Assembly: GCA_963805855.1 (NCBI GenBank)
Contig: CAWDVW010000007.1
Coordinates: forward strand, 224,001 to 288,000
Source of the DNA: Candidatus Dadabacteria bacterium
Lineage (GTDB): Bacteria > Desulfobacterota_D > UBA1144 > Nemesobacterales > CSP1-2
Direction: 5' to 3'
DNA length: 64,000 nt
Shown here: one piece after another, positions 9,039 to 17,973 of the stretch
How positions within the stretch are numbered: position 1 is the stretch's first letter
How the letters are laid out: each line of letters opens with the position of its first letter
Notes under the pieces: model-generated
Seen by the model: only the letters and a program-made list of their open reading frames with translations
Databases searched by the model: none
What the model was told of the DNA's origin: nothing
Translations under genes and position numbers: made by a program

Positions 9039-10838
9039 ATGAGACAATTCAAAGGTTTGAACCTTTTTTTTATATGGATATTACCCATTATCGTACTAAC
9101 AGTTTTATCCTGCAGCGTCGGCGATAACACCCCGCCGAGTACAATTACCGATCTTGGTGTTGACAGCGGGTTAAGGCTCTTAGAATGGACTGCCCCTGGC
9201 GATGATGGAAAAAGTGGGCAAGCCTCACTTTATTTTATCAGGTACCTTGACAATTCACAGGTCGAAGAGATCCTGGGCGTGCCAAATTTGGATGATGTCC
9301 CACCTGAAGTTATAGATGAAACGGTGATTAGTAATTTCGATGAAGGTATTCAAAACCCGACATTTGTTCCACCACAAAATAGAGGATTTCCAGAGAGTTT
9401 CTCAGCTCCGAGATTGGACATCACGGGTGAGATGCAATATTTCTACTCTATACAGTCAAGCGATGAAGTGGGTAGTAAGTCTAAGCCGTCCAATGTGGTC
9501 AAGGTTACGACTGAGCTGCAATCGTTAAAATTTCAGGGCCCGGATACTTTATGTCCCGAGGGACTCTCAATCGGAGCCGGGAATTTTACAAATACACAGG
9601 AAGATGACGATGATGGCCTAATAAGGAATGATATCCTAATAGGTGATCCATGTAACGGAATTGTTTATGTGTTCTTTGGCAGTAGTGATCTCTCTATAGA
9701 TATATCATCTCCCGATGTCACCATTATAGGGAATGAAAATGATAGATTTGGTGCATCGGTAACCGGGATCGGTAATATTGGTGGTCCTGGCCCCGCATTG
9801 GCTGAGATTGGCATAGGGGCACCAGGATTCGATGGCGATACCGGGGAGGTTTTTATCATTTTTGGAAATAATAGGTTTCCCAGTGTGATTGATCTCAACG
9901 CCGGTGATGAGCCTGACTTCTTGATTATGGGGGAAAATCAGAGTGATAATTTTGGAGTTAATACCGTCGGGTTTGCAAATGTCGGAAGAAGGGGCAGTGA
10001 GTTTTTTGTCGGTGCTCCCAATGCGGATTCCCAAACGGGAAAGACTTATCGATTTTCGGGAAATAGATTAAGTGACGGCGTTAGTTCTGCCAGTGATGCG
10101 CGAGGAATAATAATTGGTGAATCTGAGGGAGACCTTTTTGGTTCTGCTATTACAGATGCAAGTGGGATTAAATCTGGTGGCTCCGGTGAGTATGCAATCA
10201 GTTCTCGGGGCTCGGGAAAGGTGTATTTGTTTTTCGAGAATGTGTCTGGGGAAAAGGATCTTTCTGTTGATACATCGGATGTTTTGATCATACAGGGGAG
10301 TGTCGCAGACGAGTTTGGAGTGTCAGTGTCGGGGGGGGGTGATATCGACGAAGACGGGGATGGAAAAACCGATCTTGTTATTGGAGCTCCTGCTGCTGCG
10401 GACGACGCGGGTTCCGTGTTTTTTTATAGCGGAGACGATTTAAATGATGCCTTCGAAAACGGTACGGAACCGATGGCCGCAACAGAATTCGTTGGTTTAC
10501 CAGGCTCAAGGTTTGGACAGTCTGTTAGGGTTTTCAATCTTTTAACCCCTGACGTCACAACTAGGAAGCGTACCACTGCTGAGATCCTCCTTTTAGAGCA
10601 ATCGAACGCGGACTTTGGAGTGGGTGCGCCCGGTACCAGTAACGGTACGGATTTTATTTTCCTTGGAGGTAGTACTTTTCCCACGGTTGTGAGCGCATCA
10701 GATGCTGGTGTTACGATCGAAGGAGGCCCTGGTGAATCCGAATTCGGAGAGACCACAGCCGATTTGGGAGACGTAAATGGTGATCAGATAGAAGATTTTG
10801 CCTCATCAGGCTCAGGTTTTGTCAGAGTAGAATTCTGA
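9039..10838 (+). CDS. Lipoprotein with Fn3-like N-terminal domain and FG-GAP (integrin-alpha beta-propeller) repeats
   Basis: Lipobox-like VLSC; DNTPP...WTAPGDDG; repeated FG-x-S...IGAP...G-x-V-Y/F; D-x-D/N-GDG calcium loops. Confidence 0.8.
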   Translation: MRQFKGLNLFFIWILPIIVLTVLSCSVGDNTPPSTITDLGVDSGLRLLEWTAPGDDGKSGQASLYFIRYLDNSQVEEILGVPNLDDVPPEVIDETVISNFDEGIQNPTFVPPQNRGFPESFSAPRLDITGEMQYFYSIQSSDEVGSKSKPSNVVKVTTELQSLKFQGPDTLCPEGLSIGAGNFTNTQEDDDDGLIRNDILIGDPCNGIVYVFFGSSDLSIDISSPDVTIIGNENDRFGASVTGIGNIGGPGPALAEIGIGAPGFDGDTGEVFIIFGNNRFPSVIDLNAGDEPDFLIMGENQSDNFGVNTVGFANVGRRGSEFFVGAPNADSQTGKTYRFSGNRLSDGVSSASDARGIIIGESEGDLFGSAITDASGIKSGGSGEYAISSRGSGKVYLFFENVSGEKDLSVDTSDVLIIQGSVADEFGVSVSGGGDIDEDGDGKTDLVIGAPAAADDAGSVFFYSGDDLNDAFENGTEPMAATEFVGLPGSRFGQSVRVFNLLTPDVTTRKRTTAEILLLEQSNADFGVGAPGTSNGTDFIFLGGSTFPTVVSASDAGVTIEGGPGESEFGETTADLGDVNGDQIEDFASSGSGFVRVEF

Positions 10839-10877
10839 TTTAGTCGTGGGTTATTACCAACGCCTTGTTGTAGTTTA

Positions 10878-11606
10878 TCAATTTATATGGGAAGCGTGAT
10901 TTAAGTCAAAGTCGCTATTCTCATCTAATTTATTTTCGCTTATTATTTTACCGTCACTTAATATTATTATTCGCTTCGCATATTTAGCTATATCTTTTTC
11001 GTGAGTTATCATAACGATAGTTTTTCCCTGCTCATTCAGTGATTTGAAGATTTTCAGTATTTCTACGCTCATCTTCGTATCCAGATTCCCTGTTGGCTCA
11101 TCAGCCAGTATTATACTTGGCTTGTTAACAATAGCCCTTGCGATTGCAACTCTCTGTTGTTGACCGCCCGATAGTTGAGATGGCAGGTGGTGTTCTCTAC
11201 CCTCAAGGCCCAACACTCTCAATGCCTCTTTTGCCAGTTCGAACCTCTTACTCGACGGGGTTCCGTTGTATATGAGGGGAAGTTCGACATTCTCAATAGC
11301 TGATGTCCTGGGAAGCAGGTTAAAGCTTTGAAAAACGAAACCGATTTTCTCATTCCTTATTTCAGCAAGCTGATCTTTTTCAAGGTTCACTATGTTCTGA
11401 GCTTCGATAAAATAATTGCCACTCGTTGGTTTATCCAGGCATCCTATTATATTCATCAAAGTGCTTTTTCCTGAACCAGAAGGCCCAATGATGGATATAA
11501 ACTCCCCAGATTTTATGTTGATTGAAACACCCCTTAATGCGTGAACATCAACCTCTCCCATATTATAGACCTTGTGAATATCTTCTAAGGAAATAGCATA
11601 ATCCAT
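10878..11606 (-). CDS. ABC transporter ATP-binding protein (MacB/LolD-like)
   Basis: GPSGSGKST, LSGGQQQRVAIARA, ADEPTGNLD. Confidence 0.95.
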   Translation of the reverse strand: MDYAISLEDIHKVYNMGEVDVHALRGVSINIKSGEFISIIGPSGSGKSTLMNIIGCLDKPTSGNYFIEAQNIVNLEKDQLAEIRNEKIGFVFQSFNLLPRTSAIENVELPLIYNGTPSSKRFELAKEALRVLGLEGREHHLPSQLSGGQQQRVAIARAIVNKPSIILADEPTGNLDTKMSVEILKIFKSLNEQGKTIVMITHEKDIAKYAKRIIILSDGKIISENKLDENSDFDLNHASHIN

Positions 11607-11610
11607 ATTC

Positions 11611-12789
11611 TTAGAACCTCTTGGGCTTAGGAAGGACTATGGGACCCAATTCCTCTGAGCTTGACTCACCTTTCTGTGTCACTCCAATTACAATCTCCTG
11701 TCCTTTTTCAAGATCCCCACCTAGAATCTGGGTGAATTCATCATCGCTAATTCCTGTTTCTACGGACACGGCCCTGAGGCGGCCGTTCTTAAGCAAAGTC
11801 CAGACCATCGGACTGTTTTTGAGATCGCTAGAATCTTCTTCAATCAGAGATGATGGAGGAGGTATAAATCTTAATGCAGCCGTCGGTATTCGGAGCACGT
11901 CGTTTTGATTTGCTACAAGAATCTGTACCTCTGCTGTCATTCCCGGTTTTAGTCTCAACTCATCGTTTTTGTCGATAAGTATAACTACATCATAGGTCAC
12001 AACATTATTGTTTGTAGTTGGTACATTTCTTATCTGCTTAATCCTTCCCTCAAATTGTTGGCCGGGATACGCATCCACCTCAAAGAAGGCTTCCTGCCCT
12101 TCTCTTAATTTCCCGATATCGGCTTCACTCACGTGCGCTTCGACCTTCATTTTTGCTAGATCATTTGCTATTACAAATAGAGGATGGCTCTGGCTCGGGC
12201 TTACGAATTCCCCAACGTCTATATTCATCGAGACGACGACACCGTCAATGGGGGAACGAATCGCTGTAGAATTTAAATTGGATTCAGCCTTTTCTAGCTC
12301 TGTCTTGGCTATTTTGAGTTGCTCCGTAGCCGCGGTGAATTCTATTCTTGAATTTTCTAATTCAAATTTGGAAATTCTGTCTGGTGTGTTAATTAGCTCT
12401 TTATACACTTCGTATATTTTCCTTTTTTTCTCAGCCTCTGCCTGCGCCTTGTTCATGGTTGCTTCCGCCTGTCTAACCTGTAATTCATACAGAGCGGGGT
12501 CAATCTGAGCAACGATCTCTCCCTGTTTTACGATAGAGTTGAAATCTACGTGAATCTGATTCACTACCCCTGAAACCTGGGCTACGACATCGACCGTGTT
12601 GAGAGGGTTTACTGTGCCCGATGCCAAGATGTAGGCTGCAATATCCCCCTCGTCCATCATTGCAGTTTCATAGGAATAACTGGGCGAATTTGTTATTAAT
12701 TGACTATTTTTTAAAATCAAGACTACTATAAGGGCAGCAATGACGATCGTTAAGATAAGTATCTTTCTATTCATTACCTGTTTCGGCAT
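11611..12789 (-). CDS. Efflux periplasmic adaptor (MacA-like membrane fusion protein)
   Basis: N-terminal TM; V-x-AQVSG, IRSPIDGVV, SEADIG, LKPGMTA. Confidence 0.9.
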   Translation of the reverse strand: MPKQVMNRKILILTIVIAALIVVLILKNSQLITNSPSYSYETAMMDEGDIAAYILASGTVNPLNTVDVVAQVSGVVNQIHVDFNSIVKQGEIVAQIDPALYELQVRQAEATMNKAQAEAEKKRKIYEVYKELINTPDRISKFELENSRIEFTAATEQLKIAKTELEKAESNLNSTAIRSPIDGVVVSMNIDVGEFVSPSQSHPLFVIANDLAKMKVEAHVSEADIGKLREGQEAFFEVDAYPGQQFEGRIKQIRNVPTTNNNVVTYDVVILIDKNDELRLKPGMTAEVQILVANQNDVLRIPTAALRFIPPPSSLIEEDSSDLKNSPMVWTLLKNGRLRAVSVETGISDDEFTQILGGDLEKGQEIVIGVTQKGESSSEELGPIVLPKPKRF

Positions 12790-13152
12790 CTAATTATCAG
12801 TTTTCCTAAGTACCAAGCACGCATTTCATTAGATTAAATGTTAACTATTTTACTCGTTAATTTGACTTTTAAAACTATGATGTCCCGTGGGTCATCCGTT
12901 ATTTAACTTTTATATTCCTCAGCTCGAATATCCTCCTATCCCTTCCGCATGACGATTTTGTAGTATTCAGGAATAATCAAGCAGCGGGCTCCGGGGGGTC
13001 CCGCGCGTAAACAAACAATCTCTTCAATCGCTAATGACAATCAAGATTGTGCCCGAATGGTGGTTGGTCATTGCTATAGCAAGTCACCTGGAATCCTCGA
13101 GTTCAAAGTAGCCCCCCCCCCACATTTATTCAGTGAAACTTTAATCTGTTTT

Positions 13153-14376
13153 CTATAAATCGCCTGTTACCATTTCAAGATTCGCAACTGAAATGTTATA
13201 TAGAAAGACAGTTTGATAATATTGTGCCCCTTCCCTGAGATAGGTTCCAAATGCGTTTATCAATTCGTTTAAGCTTCCGATACCCAGGTCATAATTGGAA
13301 ATAGAGTTTTGTAATAGTTTCTTGGCTTCTCCGAAGCCCTCGTTTTCATATTCAAGATTGTTTTTATTCTCTTTCATCTCAAGGTATGCCTTTTCCACTT
13401 CAAGATCTATATCTTGGAGTAAAGCGTCTTTCTCTTTCAGTGATTTTGAATATTCCGCCTTGGCCTCGCTCAAATCTGCAGAGATACCGTAATTGAGTAT
13501 CTGCCTTATGCCAATTCCGGCTCCACCGATTATTGTGTCTCTGAATAGTGTAGATTGATTATATCTCAGGGTTCCACCTACAAAAATGGTCGGATAGTAG
13601 TTGCTCTTCTCTCTGTGGACCGTGTGCAATTTCGATTCAACGACCGCATTTAAGGCCTTTAGCTTTGGTCTGTTTGCTTGGGTCTTATCCTGATAATAAT
13701 TTAACTCATCTGGCTCGAACTCAACGGGTTTTAAAGTGTGAGAATCTATATCAAAGGAATCCTTATCTTCAATCGCTAACATCTTTATTAGCTCGGCTCT
13801 AGCAACGTCTATCTCCTTTTCTGAACTGACAGCGTCTTTATTGACGTTGGACAGTAGAATTTTCAGGTTGAGCTTATCCATCTGAGTAGCCTTAGGGGAG
13901 CCAACTCTGATTAACTCCTCCACACTACCAAGAACCCTCTGAGCTTCATTCCTCCCTTCGATAGCCAGGTCATTAAGAGCGTATGCTAACTGCAGATTGT
14001 AGTAGCCTGTTTTCGCTTGTGTTATTGTGTCATTTTTGGCTTCGCTTATATTTGCAATCGTTGCTTCAAGCCCTTTTTCAGCCCTCTTTTCGTCTGAGCT
14101 TATCTTACCGAAGGTATAAATGGGCTGGAAAAGGTCTGCCCTTACAACTGTGAAAATGCCCCCGGTTACTACCGCACCATCGAATTGAGGATATTTTTCA
14201 GCCTTTGCCTTTTTTACCCTGCTCTCAGAAATATCTAAATCTTTGTCTTGAACGCCCAAATTTGGATTAGTAATCAATACTCTTTCCAAAATTTCGTCCA
14301 AGGTAAAGATGTTGTCATCAGCAATCGCATCAACACTAAGTATTAGAAATGTGCATAAAGTCAATAATTTTATCAT
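13153..14376 (-). CDS. TolC family outer membrane efflux protein
   Basis: Signal peptide, two helical OEP-type repeats (QPIYTFGK, YDLG), upstream of the MFP gene. Confidence 0.8.
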   Translation of the reverse strand: MIKLLTLCTFLILSVDAIADDNIFTLDEILERVLITNPNLGVQDKDLDISESRVKKAKAEKYPQFDGAVVTGGIFTVVRADLFQPIYTFGKISSDEKRAEKGLEATIANISEAKNDTITQAKTGYYNLQLAYALNDLAIEGRNEAQRVLGSVEELIRVGSPKATQMDKLNLKILLSNVNKDAVSSEKEIDVARAELIKMLAIEDKDSFDIDSHTLKPVEFEPDELNYYQDKTQANRPKLKALNAVVESKLHTVHREKSNYYPTIFVGGTLRYNQSTLFRDTIIGGAGIGIRQILNYGISADLSEAKAEYSKSLKEKDALLQDIDLEVEKAYLEMKENKNNLEYENEGFGEAKKLLQNSISNYDLGIGSLNELINAFGTYLREGAQYYQTVFLYNISVANLEMVTGDL

Positions 14377-14722
14377 CTGGAATCCTCCTTATCCTTCTCA
14401 ATAGTTACAGCTGTCATTATATAACAACTTTCATTAATTTTAATGGCCCTTTCCAATTATTATCTTCTTGATGGATAAAGGGAATCTCATGCAATTCATC
14501 CACTACTCGCAGCGGGTAACTTGACTGGGGTCACAATGAAATTAAAAACCTATAGGAAGTTATTCTTTTAAAATGCGAATGAGCGATCTCCTACAATCGA
14601 AATATGCGCCTTGTACGGATTCATATGCGCTATTTGCATAATTAAAACTTGTCTAAAACTTCAAAAATATGACTTTCCAAGATCACCGTTGCAACAATCA
14701 GCTTTTTCTTTAAAATAAAGAG

Positions 14723-15883
14723 ATGGGTTTTGGAATTTATATACATATTCCTTATTGCGTAAAGAAATGTCCATACTGCGACTTTAACTCTTATGGAGTT
14801 GGAAGACTCATTCCAGAGGTTGACTATACCGAGGCTTTACTCGCGGAATTAGACACATGTAGTGATGCGATTGCCCGCTATCCTCTAACGTCTATCTTCT
14901 TTGGCGGTGGAACTCCTTCATTGTTTTCATCTGAGAGTATAGGGAGAGTCATCAAAAAGATCCTGGGGATTACATCTCCATTGGAATCACTTGAGGTGTC
15001 TATAGAAGTAAATCCAAAGACAGCCGACCTCGGTAAACTCCTCGCTTTTAAGGAGGCAGGGGTAAACAGGGTGAGTTTAGGTGTGCAATCATTCTCTGAC
15101 AAAAAATTGCGATTTTTAGGAAGGATAAATTCACCCGAAGACAGCATCAGGGTGCTGGAGGATGCAAAAAAGGCGGGATTTGAAAATGTCAACGCTGATC
15201 TGATGTATGGTTGTTCCTTTGAAACGCCCGACGAGTGGGGATCGGAGCTCAATAAGATACTCGAATTCGATACAGCCCATGTGTCAGCATATTGCCTCAC
15301 TATAGAGGATGACACAGAGTTTTCGGGATTATACTCGAAGGGCGAATTAATTCTTCCCGATGAGGAAACGCTCTCTTATATGATCTCTTTAACCGGTAAT
15401 GTACTTGAGGGCGCAGGCTACAAACAATATGAAATCTCGAACTTTGCTAAGCCTGGATTTGAGTGTAGACACAACATGCTCTACTGGAGAGGTGAAAATT
15501 ATATCGGAATTGGCGCTGGTGCGCACTCACATCTTGATAGATGTTTAGATTCTGAGTGGGGGGTCAGATGGGCCAACTTAAAAAATCCTTCGGCGTATAT
15601 GAAGAGCGTTTTTAAGCGCAACAGGCCGATAGCTTTCACGGAGCTTCTTGACAGGCAAATGGCGCTTAAAGAGAGGGTCTTGATGGGGCTTAGATTAGGG
15701 GAGGGGCTCGACCTTGGAAAGATAGAGGATAGATTTTCAGTAAGCCTGATGTCTGAAGGGCTTGATTATCTAATCGGTGATGATTTCATTGACGTCTCGG
15801 ATAATAGGCTTCGCTTTAATAAAAAAGGGCTTTTGGTCTCGAATTCAATAATTTATAAGATACTTGAGGCCGTGGCTAGGTGA
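14723..15883 (+). CDS. hemW: Radical SAM heme chaperone HemW (HemN-like)
   Basis: YIHIPYCVKKCPYCDFNS, GGGTPS, YEISNFA, HNMLYW. Confidence 0.9.
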   Translation: MGFGIYIHIPYCVKKCPYCDFNSYGVGRLIPEVDYTEALLAELDTCSDAIARYPLTSIFFGGGTPSLFSSESIGRVIKKILGITSPLESLEVSIEVNPKTADLGKLLAFKEAGVNRVSLGVQSFSDKKLRFLGRINSPEDSIRVLEDAKKAGFENVNADLMYGCSFETPDEWGSELNKILEFDTAHVSAYCLTIEDDTEFSGLYSKGELILPDEETLSYMISLTGNVLEGAGYKQYEISNFAKPGFECRHNMLYWRGENYIGIGAGAHSHLDRCLDSEWGVRWANLKNPSAYMKSVFKRNRPIAFTELLDRQMALKERVLMGLRLGEGLDLGKIEDRFSVSLMSEGLDYLIGDDFIDVSDNRLRFNKKGLLVSNSIIYKILEAVAR

Positions 15884-15893
15884 GGGGTAGCAA

Positions 15894-16355
15894 TTATTTT
15901 TTTGATTTTATCTGATACCTTTTATCGCCGAGTTCCAGATAATACTTACCGCTCTGTTCCTTCAGGTATTTGGTGAATTCGTAATATGCAGGCCTATTAA
16001 ATCTGGCATCAAATGTCCCGCCTTTCACCTTTGTGTAAGGTATGTTATCTCTGTTTAACACTAGCGTTCTGAAATCAAGTTTTTCCTCGGTCTCGTCATT
16101 CAGGATTAAGTAGATACCATCTTCGCGTTTATCTATCATTTTTACCACGAATGGCGTATCTTCGACTTGGACGTAAACCTTTCCTCGTCCCTCGTCTATA
16201 TAGTATCTGCCTTCTTTGTTACGCCTCAGCAGCCTGTTGTTGTAAAGGTAAGTCCATCTGTGGAGGACCGGGATCCCGTCCTGGAACCAGTTGCCTTCCC
16301 TGTCGATAAAGATCCTGGGCCTGACAGTCTCGTGTTTTTTTTCCTTTTTTCTCAT
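15894..16355 (-). CDS. DUF1285-like protein
   Basis: IDREGNWF...VQVEDTPFV...ARFNRPAYY pattern. Confidence 0.65.
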   Translation of the reverse strand: MRKKEKKHETVRPRIFIDREGNWFQDGIPVLHRWTYLYNNRLLRRNKEGRYYIDEGRGKVYVQVEDTPFVVKMIDKREDGIYLILNDETEEKLDFRTLVLNRDNIPYTKVKGGTFDARFNRPAYYEFTKYLKEQSGKYYLELGDKRYQIKSKK

Positions 16356-16443
16356 CTACTTCTATGGTACTAAGTCGCCGGTTCTTGTTCAAGTTTAGAG
16401 CCTTCTAAGACTCCCAGAGAACCCTAATTTGCGAAGTTAATAA

Positions 16444-16818
16444 CCGTTCGCACTGAGCAAAGTCGAAGTGTGAACAATATCAGGCACTATTCCCCATATT
16501 GTCATGCTGCCTGCCTCTTGTTATTCCAAGCACTTTGTTTTGACTCAGTGCGCGATCTGGATGAAATCCATGTTTCGACTGCTATGAGTGCCCCTTTAAG
16601 ACTATTTGCTCTACTTAACACTACAAGATCTCTCACAGGAGTTTATGCTGAGTTCAACGAAGTATTCGAGATGACAGACTGGGGTATCATGACGACAGAA
16701 AAAGGGTGTCATTTCGAGCGAAGCGAGAAATCTTTCCTTTGTCTTTGAATTTACCAACTTAACTACAAGATCTCTCACAGCTCCTTCGCTTTAGCTCAGG
16801 ACAAGGTTCGAGATGACA
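16444..16818. repeat. Cluster of palindromic REP/REPIN-like repeats (GTCAT...ATGAC type)
   Basis: agatctctcacag...ttcgagatgaca at 16626-16676 and 16768-16818; tgtcatttcgagcgaagcgagaaatct at 16707-16733; hairpin gttcgcac/gtgtgaac at about 16446-16475. Confidence 0.8.
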
Positions 16819-16846
16819 ATAAAAGATGCCGTCTGCCGGCCTTCTG

Positions 16847-17260
16847 TCACTCACCCAACACCTTCACAACAACCCTCTTCCTCCTCTGCCCATCGAATTC
16901 AGCATAGAAGACTCTCTGCCAGGGACCAAGGTCAAGATCGCCTTTTGTGATCGGCACAATTACCTGGTGGTGCATTATAAGATTCTTCAGGTGGGCATCA
17001 CCATTATCCTCTCCTGTCTGATGGTGTTTATAATCCTTACTATAGGGGGCGAGCCTTTCAAGCCATTCCCATATGTCTTCGAATAGACCCTCCTCATTGT
17101 CATTAACGTACACAGCGGCTGTTATATGCATTGCCGAGACAAGTACGAATCCCTCGTCGACAGAGCTTTTTTTCACAATACCCCTTACAGTATCTGTGAT
17201 GTGAATTATTTCCCTTCTCTTCTTTGTATTAAACCAAAGATATTCTGTATGACTCTTCAT
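16847..17260 (-). CDS. yjbQ: YjbQ/UPF0047 family (secondary thiamine-phosphate synthase-like)
   Basis: HITAA...Y-x-H...[13 protein letters not shown]...EFDG; ATG at 17260 with AGGAGG SD. Confidence 0.9.
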   Translation of the reverse strand: MKSHTEYLWFNTKKRREIIHITDTVRGIVKKSSVDEGFVLVSAMHITAAVYVNDNEEGLFEDIWEWLERLAPYSKDYKHHQTGEDNGDAHLKNLIMHHQVIVPITKGDLDLGPWQRVFYAEFDGQRRKRVVVKVLGE

Positions 17261-17355
17261 GTTATGTCCTCCTGCCAATAAAGACTTTTACCTCTAACGG
17301 TGACCAGCATTTGTCTATACTTTATCAATATAACTGTTGTATAATTAATATTGCC

Positions 17356-17973
17356 GTGGAAATAAAAAAATCAGGTGGAATAAATAGACGAGGATTCATT
17401 GAATTAATATCGTCGTGTTCATTTCTATTCTTTCTAATTCCCAGTAATTACGCATTCTCAGAAAGTAATCAAAAGGGGACCTCACCTCCACCTCTTGATT
17501 CCATCAAAGGGAGTTTTAAATTCTTTAACCCTAATCAGGCTCAGGTTATCGAGAATGTGACGTCGTTAATAATCCCAAGCTATGACAGCCCTGGTGCAAA
17601 GGAAGCGGGGGTAGTTTTCGAGATCGATAAAACCATAGCGGAAAATCAAAGGCTAAAGAACAGTTACACGAAGGGAATAGAATCGTTGAATCAGATGGCA
17701 AAACAATTAGGAGGTAAGGATAGTTTTCTCGATTTGAATCAGGATGAAAAGATGGAGATTTTAAATATGGCCTATGCGAGCAAATCTCTTTCCAGAAGGG
17801 GCGGTATTTCAAATCAGTATGGCAGTATGCTGCCGGGCATATTGCTTATTAATCATTTAATTCGGCAGACAATTCAAATCTTCTATACAAGTGAAGCAGG
17901 GTGGAAGGTTGTCGGTTATCAAGGGCCGCCGCAGTGGAAAGGGAATCTGGATTACGATAAGTGTGACTTTTAG
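17356..17973 (+). CDS. Gluconate 2-dehydrogenase subunit 3 family protein, Tat-exported
   Basis: NRRGFIEL twin-arginine motif, IIP...PGAKEAGV, FYTS-x-x-GW-x-x-VGY-x-GP; start uncertain (ORF from 17311). Confidence 0.8.
   Translation: MEIKKSGGINRRGFIELISSCSFLFFLIPSNYAFSESNQKGTSPPPLDSIKGSFKFFNPNQAQVIENVTSLIIPSYDSPGAKEAGVVFEIDKTIAENQRLKNSYTKGIESLNQMAKQLGGKDSFLDLNQDEKMEILNMAYASKSLSRRGGISNQYGSMLPGILLINHLIRQTIQIFYTSEAGWKVVGYQGPPQWKGNLDYDKCDF

Noticed and set aside
16470-16748. 92-aa ORF
   Set aside because: Runs through palindromic repeats (CHFERSEKS is translated repeat)
16444-16818. Possible CRISPR array
   Set aside because: Repeats vary in orientation and spacing, with no regular repeat-spacer period and no cas genes
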